From Sporopachydermia quercuum (Eukaryota): a stretch of 51,462 bases of DNA. The notes under the pieces were generated by a model, which was given only the letters and a program-made list of their open reading frames with translations, was not told the origin of the DNA and did no database searches. The stretch lies in assembly GCA_001599295.1 (NCBI GenBank), contig BCGN01000006.1, forward strand, positions 1,364,001 to 1,415,462, in the 5' to 3' direction. This document shows, in pieces, positions 1 to 12,719 of this stretch (position 1 is its first letter; every line of letters starts with the position of its first letter). The position numbers were made by a program, and so were the translations under genes.

Positions 1-227
1 AACCATTGCATCAACACAGCATATTCCCAAGTGTTCTGGACTGACTTCAATTTATCTCTATACTCCTCTTTTTCACTTGGTATATACTCCGGTAGTTTTG
101 CTAAAGCAATTTTTGTCTCTTCGCTTATATATGGTAAGCCAGCTATACGAGCAGGAATCTCCACTGGTTTTACTACAGTTGTTTTCGGTTCAACTGATTT
201 CCTTTTCGCTCTATGGTGTCTGGCCAT
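1..227 (-). CDS. 5' part of a gene running off the window; possibly a DDT/WHIM1-type chromatin protein
   Basis: ATG at 227 (context AAAAATGG) opens a frame with no stop to base 1: MARHHRAKRKSVEPK...KLKSVQNTWEYAVLMQW. Basic NLS-like start. The 'WEYAVLMQW' motif resembles the start of fungal DDT-like domains (from memory, weak). Not in the ORF track. Confidence 0.6.
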   Translation of the reverse strand, partial: MARHHRAKRKSVEPKTTVVKPVEIPARIAGLPYISEETKIALAKLPEYIPSEKEEYRDKLKSVQNTWEYAVLMQW

Positions 228-1023
228 TTTTACTATATGTGGAAAATACCAAAACTTGAATTCTAGCCAAAATCGCTCAAAATATGGGAAAATTAGCATT
301 TCCTACAAAGGTTCATTAGAAAAATTTGCTCTACTATAGACAATGAACAGCTGAATAGTGTGCAGAAGATGTTGAGAAGAAGGAAGTGTTTTTTCGTGTT
401 TGTGGGAATTTTCACTTTAGAGTATCAGGAGTTTATGATTATGTGATACTGTGATTCAGGAAGATACTTGAATAGATAATATGAATAGGCAGCAAAAAAA
501 ATATGCATACTGATATGAATGTACTGCATATAAAGAAAGGTAAAATTTTCATTAACCGGAAATATAATAAACTGATTCAGGGGGTTTAATTTCCAATTCT
601 CTAAGAACAGCACATTTATTAGTTTCCTTACATAATATCATGATGAGGCAGAAAGAATGGAAAATTTCGGAGATAAATTTATCACGTGCTGTTTATTTCC
701 GTTTTTGGGTAACTTATAATATCTGAAATAGCATACAACAGAAGGAACGGGGCTGAAGGACTACTTGGCCGAGCTTTCTTCCGAACTTTTGCGTGAAACA
801 TACAAACCTTCCGCTAGATGCTTATATTATCTACATATAAAGAACCTTAATAAATAATAAAGTTTCAACTGTTAGCTTAGCAACCACGAAACACCTTCAA
901 CCAACGAAACCCTACAGGTTCTATGCTGTCAGAATTGAATGCTAACGAATCTCATTAAGTACTACTCAAAAGTATGAATAAAACCCCCCAAAATGCTAAT
1001 CAAAACGTAATTAATTAATCGAG

Positions 1024-2694
1024 TTAATCCTTCAAAATTCTCAAATCAATTGGCTCGGAAATGGTTGTAATTTCGTCATAAAGCAAAGTAGTTAAGAACC
1101 CGCTGAAACTCTTCCCTGTGATATCATTTTCAAAATACTTAGCAGCCAGTTTGAACTTATTATCAGGGCTAGCTTTAGCAACTAATTTCTCCACCTCTTC
1201 ATTTAGAATTCTCAAATTCAATTCAGGTGTGACTGTTACGTTAGTATCAGCTGTTTTCACACCATGAGTAACCCATTGGTATAACTGACATCTGCTAACT
1301 TCAGCAGTAGCAGCATCTTCCATTAAGGAATTGATAGGTACACATCCAAAACCTCTTAACCAAGCTTCCATATAGCATAGACCAATATATAAATTCAATC
1401 TGATGCCATTTTCTGTAATTTTTCCACCAGGAATCTTAGTATCGATCAAATCCTGCTCAGTGACATGAACATATCCTTCTTCAGTATCAGGCCGGTAGAA
1501 AATTTGATTAGGGGTTGGCATGTGTTCGTCAAAAATATCAGTAGCATATTTAGCCAACGCTGGATGAGCAACCCATGTACCATCATGACCAGCTGTAACT
1601 TCTCTAAGTTTGTCTTTCTTCACATTGTTCATTGCCTTTTCATTGGCCTCAGGATCATTCTTGATAGGAATTTGGGCTGCCATACCACCCATAGCATGGA
1701 CACCTCTTTTATGACAAACAGCAATCAACCGTTTAACATAAGAAGCCATAAATGTAACAGTCATAGTAACATCTCCCCTGTCAGGAAGAATAAACTCCTT
1801 ATGGTTTCTCAAATTCTTGATAGTAGAAAAGATATAATCCCATCTTCCGCAATTCAATCCTGCTGAATGTTGTCTTAACTCGAATATAATCTCTTCCATT
1901 TGAAAAGCTGCTGGCAATGTCTCAAGTAATGCTGTAGCTCTAATAGTTCCTCTTGGAATGGCAAGCATATCTTGTGCAACGTTAAATACATCATTCCAAA
2001 GTCTTGCCTCTAAATAGCTTTCCATCTTGGGGAGATAGAAATAAGGACCAGCACCGTTTTCAATGAGTTGCTTTGCATTATGGTAGAAATACAACCCAAA
2101 ATCAAATAACGAGCCGGACATTGGCTTTCCATCAACAAGTATGTGTTTTTCTTCCAAATGCCATCCACGGGGTCTGACAAGAATTGTTGGAATATGCCTG
2201 GAGCCATCATAGTTAATTTTATACTCTTTTCCAGTAGCAGCGAGTGTGAAATCTACTTGTTTTCTAACTGCATCGTATAAATTCACTTGGCCATCAACCA
2301 TGTTTTGCCATGTAGGAGCAGCAGAATCTTCGAAATCTGACATATAAGTATAAACTGAAGAGTTGAGGGCGTTAACAATCATCTTTCTCTCTGGTGGACC
2401 AGTAATTTCAGCTCTTCTATCAATTAAGCCAGGAGCCAAAGTTGGACCTTGCCATGAAGGATCTTCTCGTATTGATCTTGTTTCTTCAAGAAAAGTTGGA
2501 AATTCTCCTTGGGCAATTTTCGCTTCAACGATTTTTCTTCTTTCTAGCAGTTCCAACCTTCTAGCATTGAAGGTTCTTTGAAGAATAGTTATGAACTTGA
2601 TTGCTGATTTTGTGAGAATGTCTTTTTGGCTTGTTGGACCAAATTCTCCTTTATCGGCAATTGGTGCCAATATTTGAATTCCTTCTAATGACAT
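1024..2694 (-). CDS. MLS1: Malate synthase A (glyoxylate cycle), 556 aa
   Basis: Motifs [64 protein letters not shown]. Confidence 0.97.
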   Translation of the reverse strand: MSLEGIQILAPIADKGEFGPTSQKDILTKSAIKFITILQRTFNARRLELLERRKIVEAKIAQGEFPTFLEETRSIREDPSWQGPTLAPGLIDRRAEITGPPERKMIVNALNSSVYTYMSDFEDSAAPTWQNMVDGQVNLYDAVRKQVDFTLAATGKEYKINYDGSRHIPTILVRPRGWHLEEKHILVDGKPMSGSLFDFGLYFYHNAKQLIENGAGPYFYLPKMESYLEARLWNDVFNVAQDMLAIPRGTIRATALLETLPAAFQMEEIIFELRQHSAGLNCGRWDYIFSTIKNLRNHKEFILPDRGDVTMTVTFMASYVKRLIAVCHKRGVHAMGGMAAQIPIKNDPEANEKAMNNVKKDKLREVTAGHDGTWVAHPALAKYATDIFDEHMPTPNQIFYRPDTEEGYVHVTEQDLIDTKIPGGKITENGIRLNLYIGLCYMEAWLRGFGCVPINSLMEDAATAEVSRCQLYQWVTHGVKTADTNVTVTPELNLRILNEEVEKLVAKASPDNKFKLAAKYFENDITGKSFSGFLTTLLYDEITTISEPIDLRILKD

Positions 2695-3034
2695 TATAGA
2701 TATGAATTATGAACTTTTTGTTATACGGAATATGTGACCTCTGATAAGTTCGTGGATAACAAAAGCAGAACCAGTGATGACTTGATAGACAGTAGAACAC
2801 CACTAGAAATCAGTCAAGATATACATCAAATAATGAAATGTTCTCTAGAAATGATTAGAATAGTGGAATTGTTGATAGTAAGAGAATACACGAGAAATTC
2901 CTACATATTTATAGTCTTAATTTAATCCAGCAGTAACTGCACATTATTCCTTTGTACTATCTATCTAATACCCCATATTCCTAATTGATAAATTCATATC
3001 CGGGATCAGAGATAAAGTTTGCTTAGGCAGACTC

Positions 3035-3045
3035 CGGATATACGG
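3035..3045. promoter_or_regulatory. CSRE-like (Cat8/Sip4) element upstream of MLS1
   Basis: CGGATATACGG has one mismatch to CGGNYNAAYGG and lies about 340 bp upstream of the MLS1 ATG. MLS1 is a known CSRE target in S. cerevisiae. Confidence 0.4.
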
Positions 3046-4678
3046 AGAAAATATTGGCGTGAGACGTGATGTTTAGTAGTTGGAAGACAAACATAACATA
3101 ATCATGAAATAAAGAAGAAAGATTTGAAAGGATATGGCATGGCTTAATGGCTTACTACAAGTAATATCTTATGTTTTGGTTATTCTAAAAAGCCATAATA
3201 GTACGGGTTCGTTGTTGATCATTGGTTGCTGATTCCTTATATCCAACGATTCAGATAAACTACTAGATGTTTGTATATTTCAATACAGCTTGTTTACCCC
3301 TATAATGAGACAACTGAGATCCCCTGTCAGTCCCTTTTCGCTCTTTTCCATCGTTCCTCATGGAAGGACAATAAGGAACGATGGAAAGCAACAATTCAGC
3401 CTTTCGTTGCCCCCGATTTTCTGTGCAAGTGTGATTTATTTTGTGATTTATGGGGAAAGAATGTAAAGATTCATTTTTGAGGTTGATGGGATGAGTCCGC
3501 CATACGGATTGAGAACAGCTGTTAATACTCTACAATAACCTCTATTTTCAACAAGAGGCTGTTTACACTACACACGAGAGAAGTGTTATTATTTCCTACT
3601 ACTGACTTTCTTATCAGTATAACAGGCCAATAACGGGTGAGACAGTAGAAAACATTGGCTTTTATCAATCGATCAGTCACCCAGATTTGAAGTGTTGTTA
3701 GTTAAGGTTTGAAGGGACTTCTAACACGGAACCCATGGCTCACTCTATGATGATACCTTATATCGGATGGCAATGTGGAACTGACAAAGGAGTTAGGTAC
3801 ATATTAAAAGTCAATTCAGTACTATTGGCAATTGGCAATCTAATAGGTAATGTGAATACTCCAGAATTTTTTTTACTAAAATAGAAGTCTATGTTATCAA
3901 TTCTAACTAATCCAGATCTAGTATTTGTTTCAACCTTTATCCCTTCCCATTACCTATCGTTACCTCAATGCTCGAACTTCCAAATACTAGGAATATATAT
4001 ATTCTTTGATAATTTTCAATCGTTCAAATCAACTTCGCTCCGGCAATTCTCTTTCCATCAGGCCCGAAATGCTTTTCTGTTACAATTGTATGCTATCTTC
4101 TAAGCGATGTATGATGGAGATCTGACTCGGGATTGTAAGCATAAATCGCGTAAAACTTTATCCTCCGTATATAATAATCGCATTTTCTCTTCAGTACATG
4201 AAGACTTCAACGGTTTTACATTATCACTTTCATGATGAGCTACATATATACTGAATTCTTCACGATTAGTTCTTACGGAAAGGAATGTCAAAGGTAAGCA
4301 AAAGTAAGTGTTTATATTCCAGTGGTTGTCAGACAGTTGGAAGTTAAAAGAACCTATGGGATTGGAAATCATTGAAGACTGTTTAGGTTGTTGAGAGAAG
4401 ATCTCTGTTGTAATTGGACAATAGAGATCTTGCCTGACTGATGATCATGAATGAGTTTGATTTTCCAGAGTCTTACTTGGTTGGGTCTTGTCGTGTTTAC
4501 TTCTGTAGAATTATCATTATGAAACTTGAGAGCCGTGAAATAAGATAGCAATTCTATTTAAGCAAAATCTACCAATACATCAGTGATTTCTCTATCCATG
4601 CTTGTCAAAGTCCGTAAACCCATAATCATGTTTGTCTGATGGAAGAATACAGGTCCCTTCAATACAGTATTCATCACC

Positions 4679-6316
4679 TTACAACTGACCTTCCCAGTTT
4701 CTTTCAACGCGGTTGTCATACACATCATAAAGACTTTCATTTTCGTTCCCATATCCCCAGCTAAAAGTCGATGAACAAATATCACGGTCCGGAGATAAAC
4801 CCTCACGAAAATCAAGAGACACTTTTGATTTCAAGTTAGGATAATAATTGACTTGTGACACTTTATTTAGATTCAAACCCAGCAATTTCTGACAATCGAG
4901 CTTATAATTTAGATTAAGAGGTGATATAGATACCTGTTTGTCCATACTTTCTGTTGCGAAAGCGAAATCAGCATCGCAATGTCTAGAGTTTGTATTACTG
5001 ATGTCTTGTGTTTTGTTTGAGAGAGAATGATCAGTTCTCTTTATGATTTTATCATTTCCGTTGCTTATTATTGCATGTTCCTGAGCCTCTTCTATTTGAT
5101 CTGTACCCTTATCTTCATTCTCATATTCATTATCATTCCCTTCCTTTTCTACTTGCTCAAAGAAGAACCCACCACATGAACCATTGGAATCTGAATCACC
5201 TGTCAACTCCAAACAACAAGATTTATTATCTTCTTCCTGAATATCTGGAATCTGTTCAACATTGTCATAATTCTCCTCATCCTCCGACAAGGTTAATTCA
5301 AGTTTATCTGAGTGCCAACCAAACTTCTCACATGCAGCTCTAGCTGCACTTACAGATAATGAGTTAGGAATATGAGGATCTTCAAATTTATTCTGTTCCA
5401 CAAGTTGTTGTGACCGCTCACAAGCCAGACAATTACAACTTTCAGATTTTCTATTTTTCTCGTTTATCTCGCCCAATCTCTCCGTTTTCATTTTCAGACC
5501 AAAATTGCCTCTTCGCTGCTTGGATGATCTAAATCGAGGTCTGAAAGAAGAAGAAACCTCAGAAAACTCTGCTGAAGAATAACCGAATGGTGCTTTGACA
5601 GCTCTATGTTGCTTCATGTTGGATAATGTAGCTATCAGACCAGGCATATAGAACAATAAAGAATCTCTTTTCTTGTGACTTAACTCTTCATGCTCTTCCA
5701 AAAGTTGATTCATTTCTGGTATGGCGCATTGCTCTTTCAAGGAAGTTCCCAAGCTTTCACCACAGCTATTTTTGTTGCCTTGCTTTGCTTCTATTTGTTG
5801 CGACTTTTCTTGTGTGGCTTCTTCGTGTTTCGCATCTTGCTCTTCTATTTCGTCTCTATCTTCTGGTTCCTGCACCAATACTGCTTGATTTGCAGAGAGT
5901 CCTACAAGGTCTAAGCACTTCCTACATCTAATAACAACCACTCCTGCACCATACCAATGCTCTTGNTCACCATATACTGTGTCTGTCCCATCATCAAACA
6001 TAAAGCTCAGTTTTGCACATTTTGTACATACAAACTCTGTCTTTGGACCTGATTCCAATACCTCGCAACCATGACATAAATGCCATACTTCTCTTTCTTC
6101 AGCTGGAACAATTCCTTCTTGGCTACCATCTCCTCCACTACTAAAGTTCTCAAATTCTTTCTGTGCATCATCTAAATCTGCAACTACATGAGGAAAAGCA
6201 CGTAGTGTTCGCAAAGGCTTTTGAGACTCTTTCCCATCTACAATCCTAGAGTTTCTATGAAACTGGTTTCTTTTTCTCCTTATAAGAAGTTGTAGTTTTT
6301 TGAATGACGGATACAT
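4679..6316 (-). CDS. Hypothetical protein, 545 aa, acidic, with several CxxC pairs
   Basis: Long ATG-initiated ORF in AT-rich DNA. CHGC, CTKC, CRKC and CNCLAC motifs. No family recognised. Confidence 0.7.
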   Translation of the reverse strand: MYPSFKKLQLLIRRKRNQFHRNSRIVDGKESQKPLRTLRAFPHVVADLDDAQKEFENFSSGGDGSQEGIVPAEEREVWHLCHGCEVLESGPKTEFVCTKCAKLSFMFDDGTDTVYGXQEHWYGAGVVVIRCRKCLDLVGLSANQAVLVQEPEDRDEIEEQDAKHEEATQEKSQQIEAKQGNKNSCGESLGTSLKEQCAIPEMNQLLEEHEELSHKKRDSLLFYMPGLIATLSNMKQHRAVKAPFGYSSAEFSEVSSSFRPRFRSSKQRRGNFGLKMKTERLGEINEKNRKSESCNCLACERSQQLVEQNKFEDPHIPNSLSVSAARAACEKFGWHSDKLELTLSEDEENYDNVEQIPDIQEEDNKSCCLELTGDSDSNGSCGGFFFEQVEKEGNDNEYENEDKGTDQIEEAQEHAIISNGNDKIIKRTDHSLSNKTQDISNTNSRHCDADFAFATESMDKQVSISPLNLNYKLDCQKLLGLNLNKVSQVNYYPNLKSKVSLDFREGLSPDRDICSSTFSWGYGNENESLYDVYDNRVERNWEGQL

Positions 6317-6746
6317 TTTGTCAGCATGAGTTGGGTTACAAAATAAATCTGTACAAAATCATATATAAGATCTCAATGATTAATATACAATATCGGTCAG
6401 TACATATTTTTCTTTAAAATGGATAGCGAGCCACTATTAGAACAGTGATTAGAGATAAATAAAAGATAACAAGCTACAAACAAATATAGAAATAAACATA
6501 AACGTAAACATCACAAATAAAAAGTTCACGGCATAATTACAATGATTACAGACCTTAATTTGTTTGTGGATCAACAGATCAAACTATCGCTAAATGGACA
6601 CAAACGAATTAACCATAACTTAATCAATCCCCTTAAATTTGAAGAGAGCTATTAATCTCAAATCAAGATAGTCTATTTATTTCGATATTTTCCACTTGCT
6701 TACAAGTCAATCAATATATTATTTGGTTTACTGATAATCTAGTAAG

Positions 6747-8937
6747 CTATCTAAGCAAATCGCGGACGGCATTTTCAATACAATCTTTGATTTCTTTATA
6801 CGTAACTATCAAACAATTTTTCTGATCGCGAGATACTAAAAGAATCTTCTCATCTACTCCAGCGTCAAGTTTGTTCAAACACCTAAGAATATGTCCCAGA
6901 TCCACCACAGGTTTTCCGTTCTCATCTACCTGATGAAATAAATGATCACGAAAAAGTTTCACTAAGTATCTATCACCAGTTTCTGACCATAAAGGATCGT
7001 AATCAAATTCAGGGCGCTCATTTACTATTCCTAATTTACACATAAGTCTCACAATTCTGGAATTCTCAAGCTCTGTCATTAATAGCGATTCCAGGTGATC
7101 GCTTGCTGTCTCTACTAGATTGAATTGACCTATAATCTGTGTAGCAATAATCTTGTTGAATTCGGTCATTGTCTTTGGCTCATTGGATTTGTTGTCGATG
7201 ACTAAGAGATACGAAAGAATTTCCTTCACCATGGGCGGGAAACTGGCAGTTATCAAATAGTTGGCGACAGTGTTGGAATCAGCTTTCAGAAGATTGGCTC
7301 TATCTTTTCCACAGTTGAGCAGTTGTAAAACAATCAGTCCAAAATCACAGAAATCTTTCTGTTGCAACTCAGCAATAGAGAGTTTATTTGTGTCGTTGGT
7401 ACTTGAGTCATCCATAGACCAACCTTTCGTTCTGTCTACTAATCCCACCACAGCTTCCTCTTGATCAAATTTCAAAACATCAAATATCCCACAAGAAGAA
7501 AGCTTAATCTTATTGTTAGAAGTTGAAATAATCTTTGAAAGTTCCAAACAACGAGCAGCTAGCTTGCTAGCATGGATTCCAGTGAGTGCTCCCGCAATTT
7601 GAACGATAATGCTCCAAAATAAGTGGTCTGGAACTAGAAATTGTGAATTTAAACCTGGTCTCACCTTTGTAAGGTCTAGTTTCTGTTGTAAAGTTACTGA
7701 TAATGCGTAATAATCGTAAACAAAGATCAATGAGTTATCACCAAACGCTCTCGTGGTAAATGCTTCATAGAGTTTCACTACATTACTATTGTTTACACTT
7801 GCCCACGCTTTAACTGCATGAATTGCTATCTCATCTTTCAAATGAACGTTTTCAATCCTTCGAAGACAATACGGCCGGCCGTCTTTCACTGAAAATGCTT
7901 TATATACTGAAGAACAGTAACCGAAATACGTGTTTGACTTACTGAGTGTCGTATCAAGGGGAACCAGATCAGTGTACATATGAATCAATTCTGGTAACTT
8001 TGAACCAGGAATTGTTTGTAATGTTGCTTCTGATTTTCTTCTCAAAGATTCACCTATATCTTCAGGAAGAAACAATTGTGCTATTGATCTTTCGTATGGC
8101 TCTAGTTTGTCCAAATACGGAGGTTTAGGTGCGTACAAATGATGGTTCAGCAATATCTGAGGTTCATGTCCATAGAATTCACTACCATGATGACTCATTG
8201 GTATAGGCATAATATGGTTCTGTTGTGGTGAGGTCCTAATGAAATCTTCTGAATAGGAAGGGGTCATTGATTGTGTTGAAGCAGACGGTCCCATGTAGCT
8301 GGACATATCTGTCATACTTTGAGCCGGTGTAAATGATGGACTATCAAAATTAAATTTTTTGCTATTACTGTTTTCATTTGCCACAGTGTTGACTGTTAGG
8401 TTGGATTTACTACTAGGAATAAATGATGGAATATTAGCTAGATTGGGGGACATTTTAGACTGTCTGACAGCTAATGAAGGTCCTGGTGATGATGGAGGAG
8501 CAAATGCTGGTGCGGAACCATTTAATCTCATCTTAGGTCTCTCTGCCGTATTGATAGAAGCGGAATTCATTCCTCTACCAAATCCAGAATTGCCGGAAGC
8601 TCCTGAGCTTCCGATTGACGCTCCTGAACCTACTCCTGTACTTGAAGAGCCCCCAGAGGCTAATGTAGATGAAGAAGTTCCAGGTCTTTTCATATGATCG
8701 TGGTTATAAATACAACCTTCGTCAGCGTACTTGCAGTACCCGTATATTTGAATGTTCCGACATGGTATATCCCCCGGTGATACCTGAGGTTTGGTTCCTA
8801 GTAAAGCCAAAGTTAGTATTCGTCCTGCAGCACTATTCCTTCGATTTCAAATACAAAATCTCGTTTCGCATTACAATAGTAAACATACTAAAACTACCAG
8901 TTGACGTCAGAGAGCCGGAATTCGTGTTTGAACCCAT
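6747..8937 (-). CDS. PAN3: PAN2-PAN3 deadenylase subunit Pan3, 699 aa, 2 exons (8937-8889, 8797-6747)
   Basis: CCCH finger (CRNIQIYGYCKY..C.YNH), PAM2-like motifs (LNGSAPAFAP, FNFDSPSFTP), pseudokinase domain and knob (WSETGDRYLVKLFRDHLFHQVD, LNKLDAG). Intron 8888-8798: GTATGT...TACTAAC...TAG, phase 1, joins in frame. The ORF-track start at 8810 is an intronic TTG. Confidence 0.95.
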
Positions 8938-10639
8938 TTTATAATCTCTAAATCAATCTGATAACAAACATCCACAAGGACACATGACGTGATATTCAAT
9001 GTCTCCAGTTGTATCGAGGGCAACAACTATACGGCGATTCAAAGACCCAATCGTTTCTTCATCAATCAAGTAAGATGATTAAGTGATGGATCACTAAAAA
9101 TAGTCACCGAACTTGAACAATACTTGTTACTATAAAAACAACGCAATGATGGAGTACCAATCAGAATAGGTGGGGTTTGAATGGTATTCAATACCAAGAC
9201 AGCGGGGTGCAACACTGTTTCACCAAATTAAAGTTCTCCAGATTGAAGTATTCGTGTTTCTTATGATGCTGTTCTTTGCTTTAAGATGTATAATGAGAGC
9301 AGATTTTATTATATTGTTCCACATCCTCTTGTTTATTTAATCTCCCTGTTAACGAGAAGACAATGTACGATTTCTACAATCAAATTAGGCAGGATTAAGG
9401 GTTACGTGATCTTTAATTATTTAGGAGTAAGACAACACCCGTTACCCTTCTACACTTACGAGTTTGTCTGAGGGCGTTTAGGGGCCTGTTGTAGGGGATA
9501 GGAACAAAAGAGATATCGATGGTGAGAAATAATTTTTATGTAGAAATTTGACATAAAAATTGTAATGAGAGGCTATATCTTAAACTGAACTTTTATTCGC
9601 AAATTTATATGATTGGAATATTGGACCTTTCATCAACAATCCAATTTGTGGAATAGGCAAACAAAAGACTCTCAGTATATACTTAGCATGTGACAGTTAA
9701 AGATGCGTTCGTTGTTCAGACCCACAAAAACACTAAAAAAAAAGAATGCTATCAACTTGGAATAACATCAACATAGAGCTACTTTGTAGATATTTTTCAA
9801 AAATATACGTAACTTATAAAATCTAGANCTCTCCACACATTCAACTCCCGACAAATTTAACACTTTGACAGCTCATTCTATCCCGCAAATCAACCCATAT
9901 ATTTTCCCCAATGTTCCACTCTCCAGACTTCCCCATAATTATCTCTTCTATTCATCTCCATTTTGAGAGAGGGTAACTCTGATGATAACCTCTCACTCCA
10001 GTTTTGTCATATGTCTAGAATGGCACTTACAATAAATAAACAGAAATATTCACCTGTTCATCACTTCAATATATACAGATCAATTGCTAAGAGTAGACTC
10101 ATTTCTCGTTCATATTTCCTGAGCTTTATCACCAAAGAGAAAAGTAGCTGACTAGGAGGAGGAGACACAATAGTTTCAGAGAAAATATCCCAGCTGTCTA
10201 TAAACAGTTCGCCTTAAATACCCGGCATTGTCACTTACTACCAATCCTACAAACACACAAATTATAAATAAATTCATACACTCAGAATCAGGCATATTAT
10301 AAACAATCGTTGTATTTGTCTCAGCAATTGAAAAGCCACACTGCATAGCAGAATCGTGTTACATTATATCGACATTGCCTAAGAAACGTTGACAGAGAGC
10401 TCCGGTGCCAATCCAACTTTTAATCAGTCAGTTCTCGGGCACTACAGGAACAGGAAGTATGGCAGCTGTTTTTTCACAAGCACTATCGTCACCAGCATTA
10501 TCATAACGACAAATATCAAAACTCGAGCAAGCAGAAATTTGTACCAACAAACTCAATAAAGCCCTTCCTTTCTAAAACCACCTTTCTATAAGACCAGAAT
10601 TCTGTTTATATACTTATTCCTACTGAAAGATTTCGTCAG

Positions 10640-12719
10640 ATGCCTCATAGCTCAACTCCAGATATTCCAGGCACCAAAGTGGTGATTCCGGATTATCTTG
10701 AGTTTTTACAAGCAAAAGTTCGCGCTTTGCTTCATACGAAAAATCCAAATTCTTTTCCTGGTAAGTATTTCTTTAGCAATAAGAAAAGCATCAGAAATGA
10801 CTGCTATATGAAGGATGAAAAAGAAAAAAAAAAAATTGAGTAAGAAGAAAGGTACCAGAAAAGAAGAAACAGAAGAAGCATATCAGGAATATTTCGTGTT
10901 AGAGTTAATTGAATTACAAGATAAATTCAATCCTGAGCTGTATTAGAATAGTAGAATTNATTCTTCTAGCGCTACAGTTCATATTTTTAGATTCATTCAC
11001 AACATAATACTAACCGATTTCATAGGCTCACAACCAATTTCGTTCGAAAGGAAACATCTAACTGGAAATCTAATGAAACATGAGTAAGTGTAATTGTGGA
11101 AGAACAATATACGGTGAATGAGAAGTAGTATTGGCAATACAATCCCTAAGCTGAAAGCATTAAGACAAAATGCATTGCTGTACTGTGATTTATTGTGTTG
11201 TCCTTTGATGTTTTTTATCATCTCCATTTCACTACTAACATAATACTCTCTAGCTACTTTGTATGCGAAAAGTCCGATGGGCTCCGGTGTCTCCTTTACC
11301 TTGCAGTTATTGATGGGGAGGAAAAATGTTTTTTTGTAAGTATTGAATTATGGTTAGTACCTTTGATATCTACACTATTCTAACACCTTGCATTAGATAA
11401 CTAGAACGAACGAGTACTATGAAGTAACCGGAATGCATTTCCCAGAACCTGACGACCGAACCTCACCTCATGACGGAACGATTTTAGATGGGGAGCTTGT
11501 ATATGATCGTATAGACAACAATGATATAATGCAAGACCTTCGGTTTCTCATATTTGACTGTTTGTCTCATAAAAGGAAGCCTATCATTACCAAAAACATC
11601 TTCGGAAGACTTGGATACGCCAAAGAATTTGTATACAAGCCTTATGCTAAATTATGCCATGAGTTCCCTGAAGATACGGAATTGTTTCCTTTCAAGCTCG
11701 TACTGAAAGAAATGCAGTTTTCTTATAAGCTGGATCACGTTTTCTCGGATATTTTACCGAACCTGCGGCACGGAAGTGATGGGTTGATTTTCACATGTTG
11801 TGAAACTCCGTATGTCTTCGGAACGGATGAGACTTTGTTGAAATGGAAACCAGCTGAGGAAAACTCTATTGATTTCAAGATGCAATTGAACTTCGAACAA
11901 GTTCCGGTTGATTTCGACAGTGAGACCAATTCCGATCCGGAATCGGAAGAGAACTCTAAGAAATCTGGGAAACAGGAAAAGATAAGTAGAAGTGGAAGGT
12001 ATTATTTGGACTATGACAGTAAACCAGAATTCATACTGCTGGAGAACATGGGTCAAGGAGAATATGAACCGTTTGGTGAAATGTATGTAACTGAAGAAGA
12101 ATGGGAGAAATTCAAGCAGTTAGGAGAACCTTTACAGCATAGAATCATTGAGGTGTACCGTAGCAAAGAGCATCAGTGGAGGTTTCTTCGATTTCGGGAT
12201 GATAAGGAAGATGGTAATTATGTTGATGTAGTTCGTAAGGTTCTACGCAGTATTGATGATAGTGTCAGTCGTGAAGAGTTGATTGGAATGGTACCGAGAA
12301 TTCAGGAAGAATGGAAACGAAGGGCCGCACGAGGGTCAAGTGGAGCCAGTGGGGTGAAACCGGGAGTTCAAGGAGCTCGGCACGAAGAGGAATCTCGGAA
12401 ACGGAAGCCCAGTTTAAGCAGCGGCAGAGGAATCAACAGCGGAACCGGAAATACTGATAGATCTCTTCCTAAAAAGGGAACAAACCCAGAACAGGAAGCT
12501 AAAAGACAGAAAATAGACAATGCTGAACAGACAGAAGAATCTTCGGAACAGTCCGGAGCAAAGAGTGCTACTAAGCCAGCACGAAGAGTATTTGATTCAA
12601 GAGCTGATGATGATTATAATACTAGTAGTAACAATAAGTATAATGACGAAGATTATGATGAGGATGAACAGCCGGAATATTCCAGACCTGTTGATGAAGA
12701 CTATGATGATGAAGCCTAA
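10640..12719 (+). CDS. CEG1: mRNA guanylyltransferase (capping enzyme alpha), 527 aa, 4 exons (10640-10760, 11026-11083, 11254-11335, 11397-12719)
   Basis: Spliced product reads FPGSQPISFERKHL...HDYFVCEKSDGLRCLL (motif I, KxDG), then GTILDGELV, FLIFDCL, SDGLIFT, LLKWKP, WRFLRFRDDK. Three GTAAGT...(TA/TT)CTAAC...TAG introns keep the frame. Confidence 0.95.

Noticed and set aside
31..339. + strand 102-aa and 60-aa ORFs
   Set aside because: Non-ATG starts; antisense shadows of the minus-strand gene starting at 227.
1012..1026. Stop-codon readthrough creating a cryptic PTS1 on MLS1
   Set aside because: The sequence is TAA CTC GAT TAA. It is not the TGA CTA readthrough context and the extension (xLD) is not a PTS1.
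10459..10506. 15-aa uORF upstream of CEG1
   Set aside because: The transcription start is unknown and such short ORFs are expected by chance.
10761..11253. Intronic snoRNA in the longer CEG1 introns
   Set aside because: No convincing C/D box pair or H/ACA structure was seen by eye. An Rfam scan would be needed.
11703..11765. Possible CUG codon reassignment (Ser or Ala), prompted by a CTG in the Ser-rich PAN3 exon 1
   Set aside because: CTG codons at 11703, 11730 and 11763 in CEG1 fall at conserved Leu/hydrophobic positions (FKLVLKEM, SYKLDHV, PNLRHGSDG), which supports CUG=Leu.
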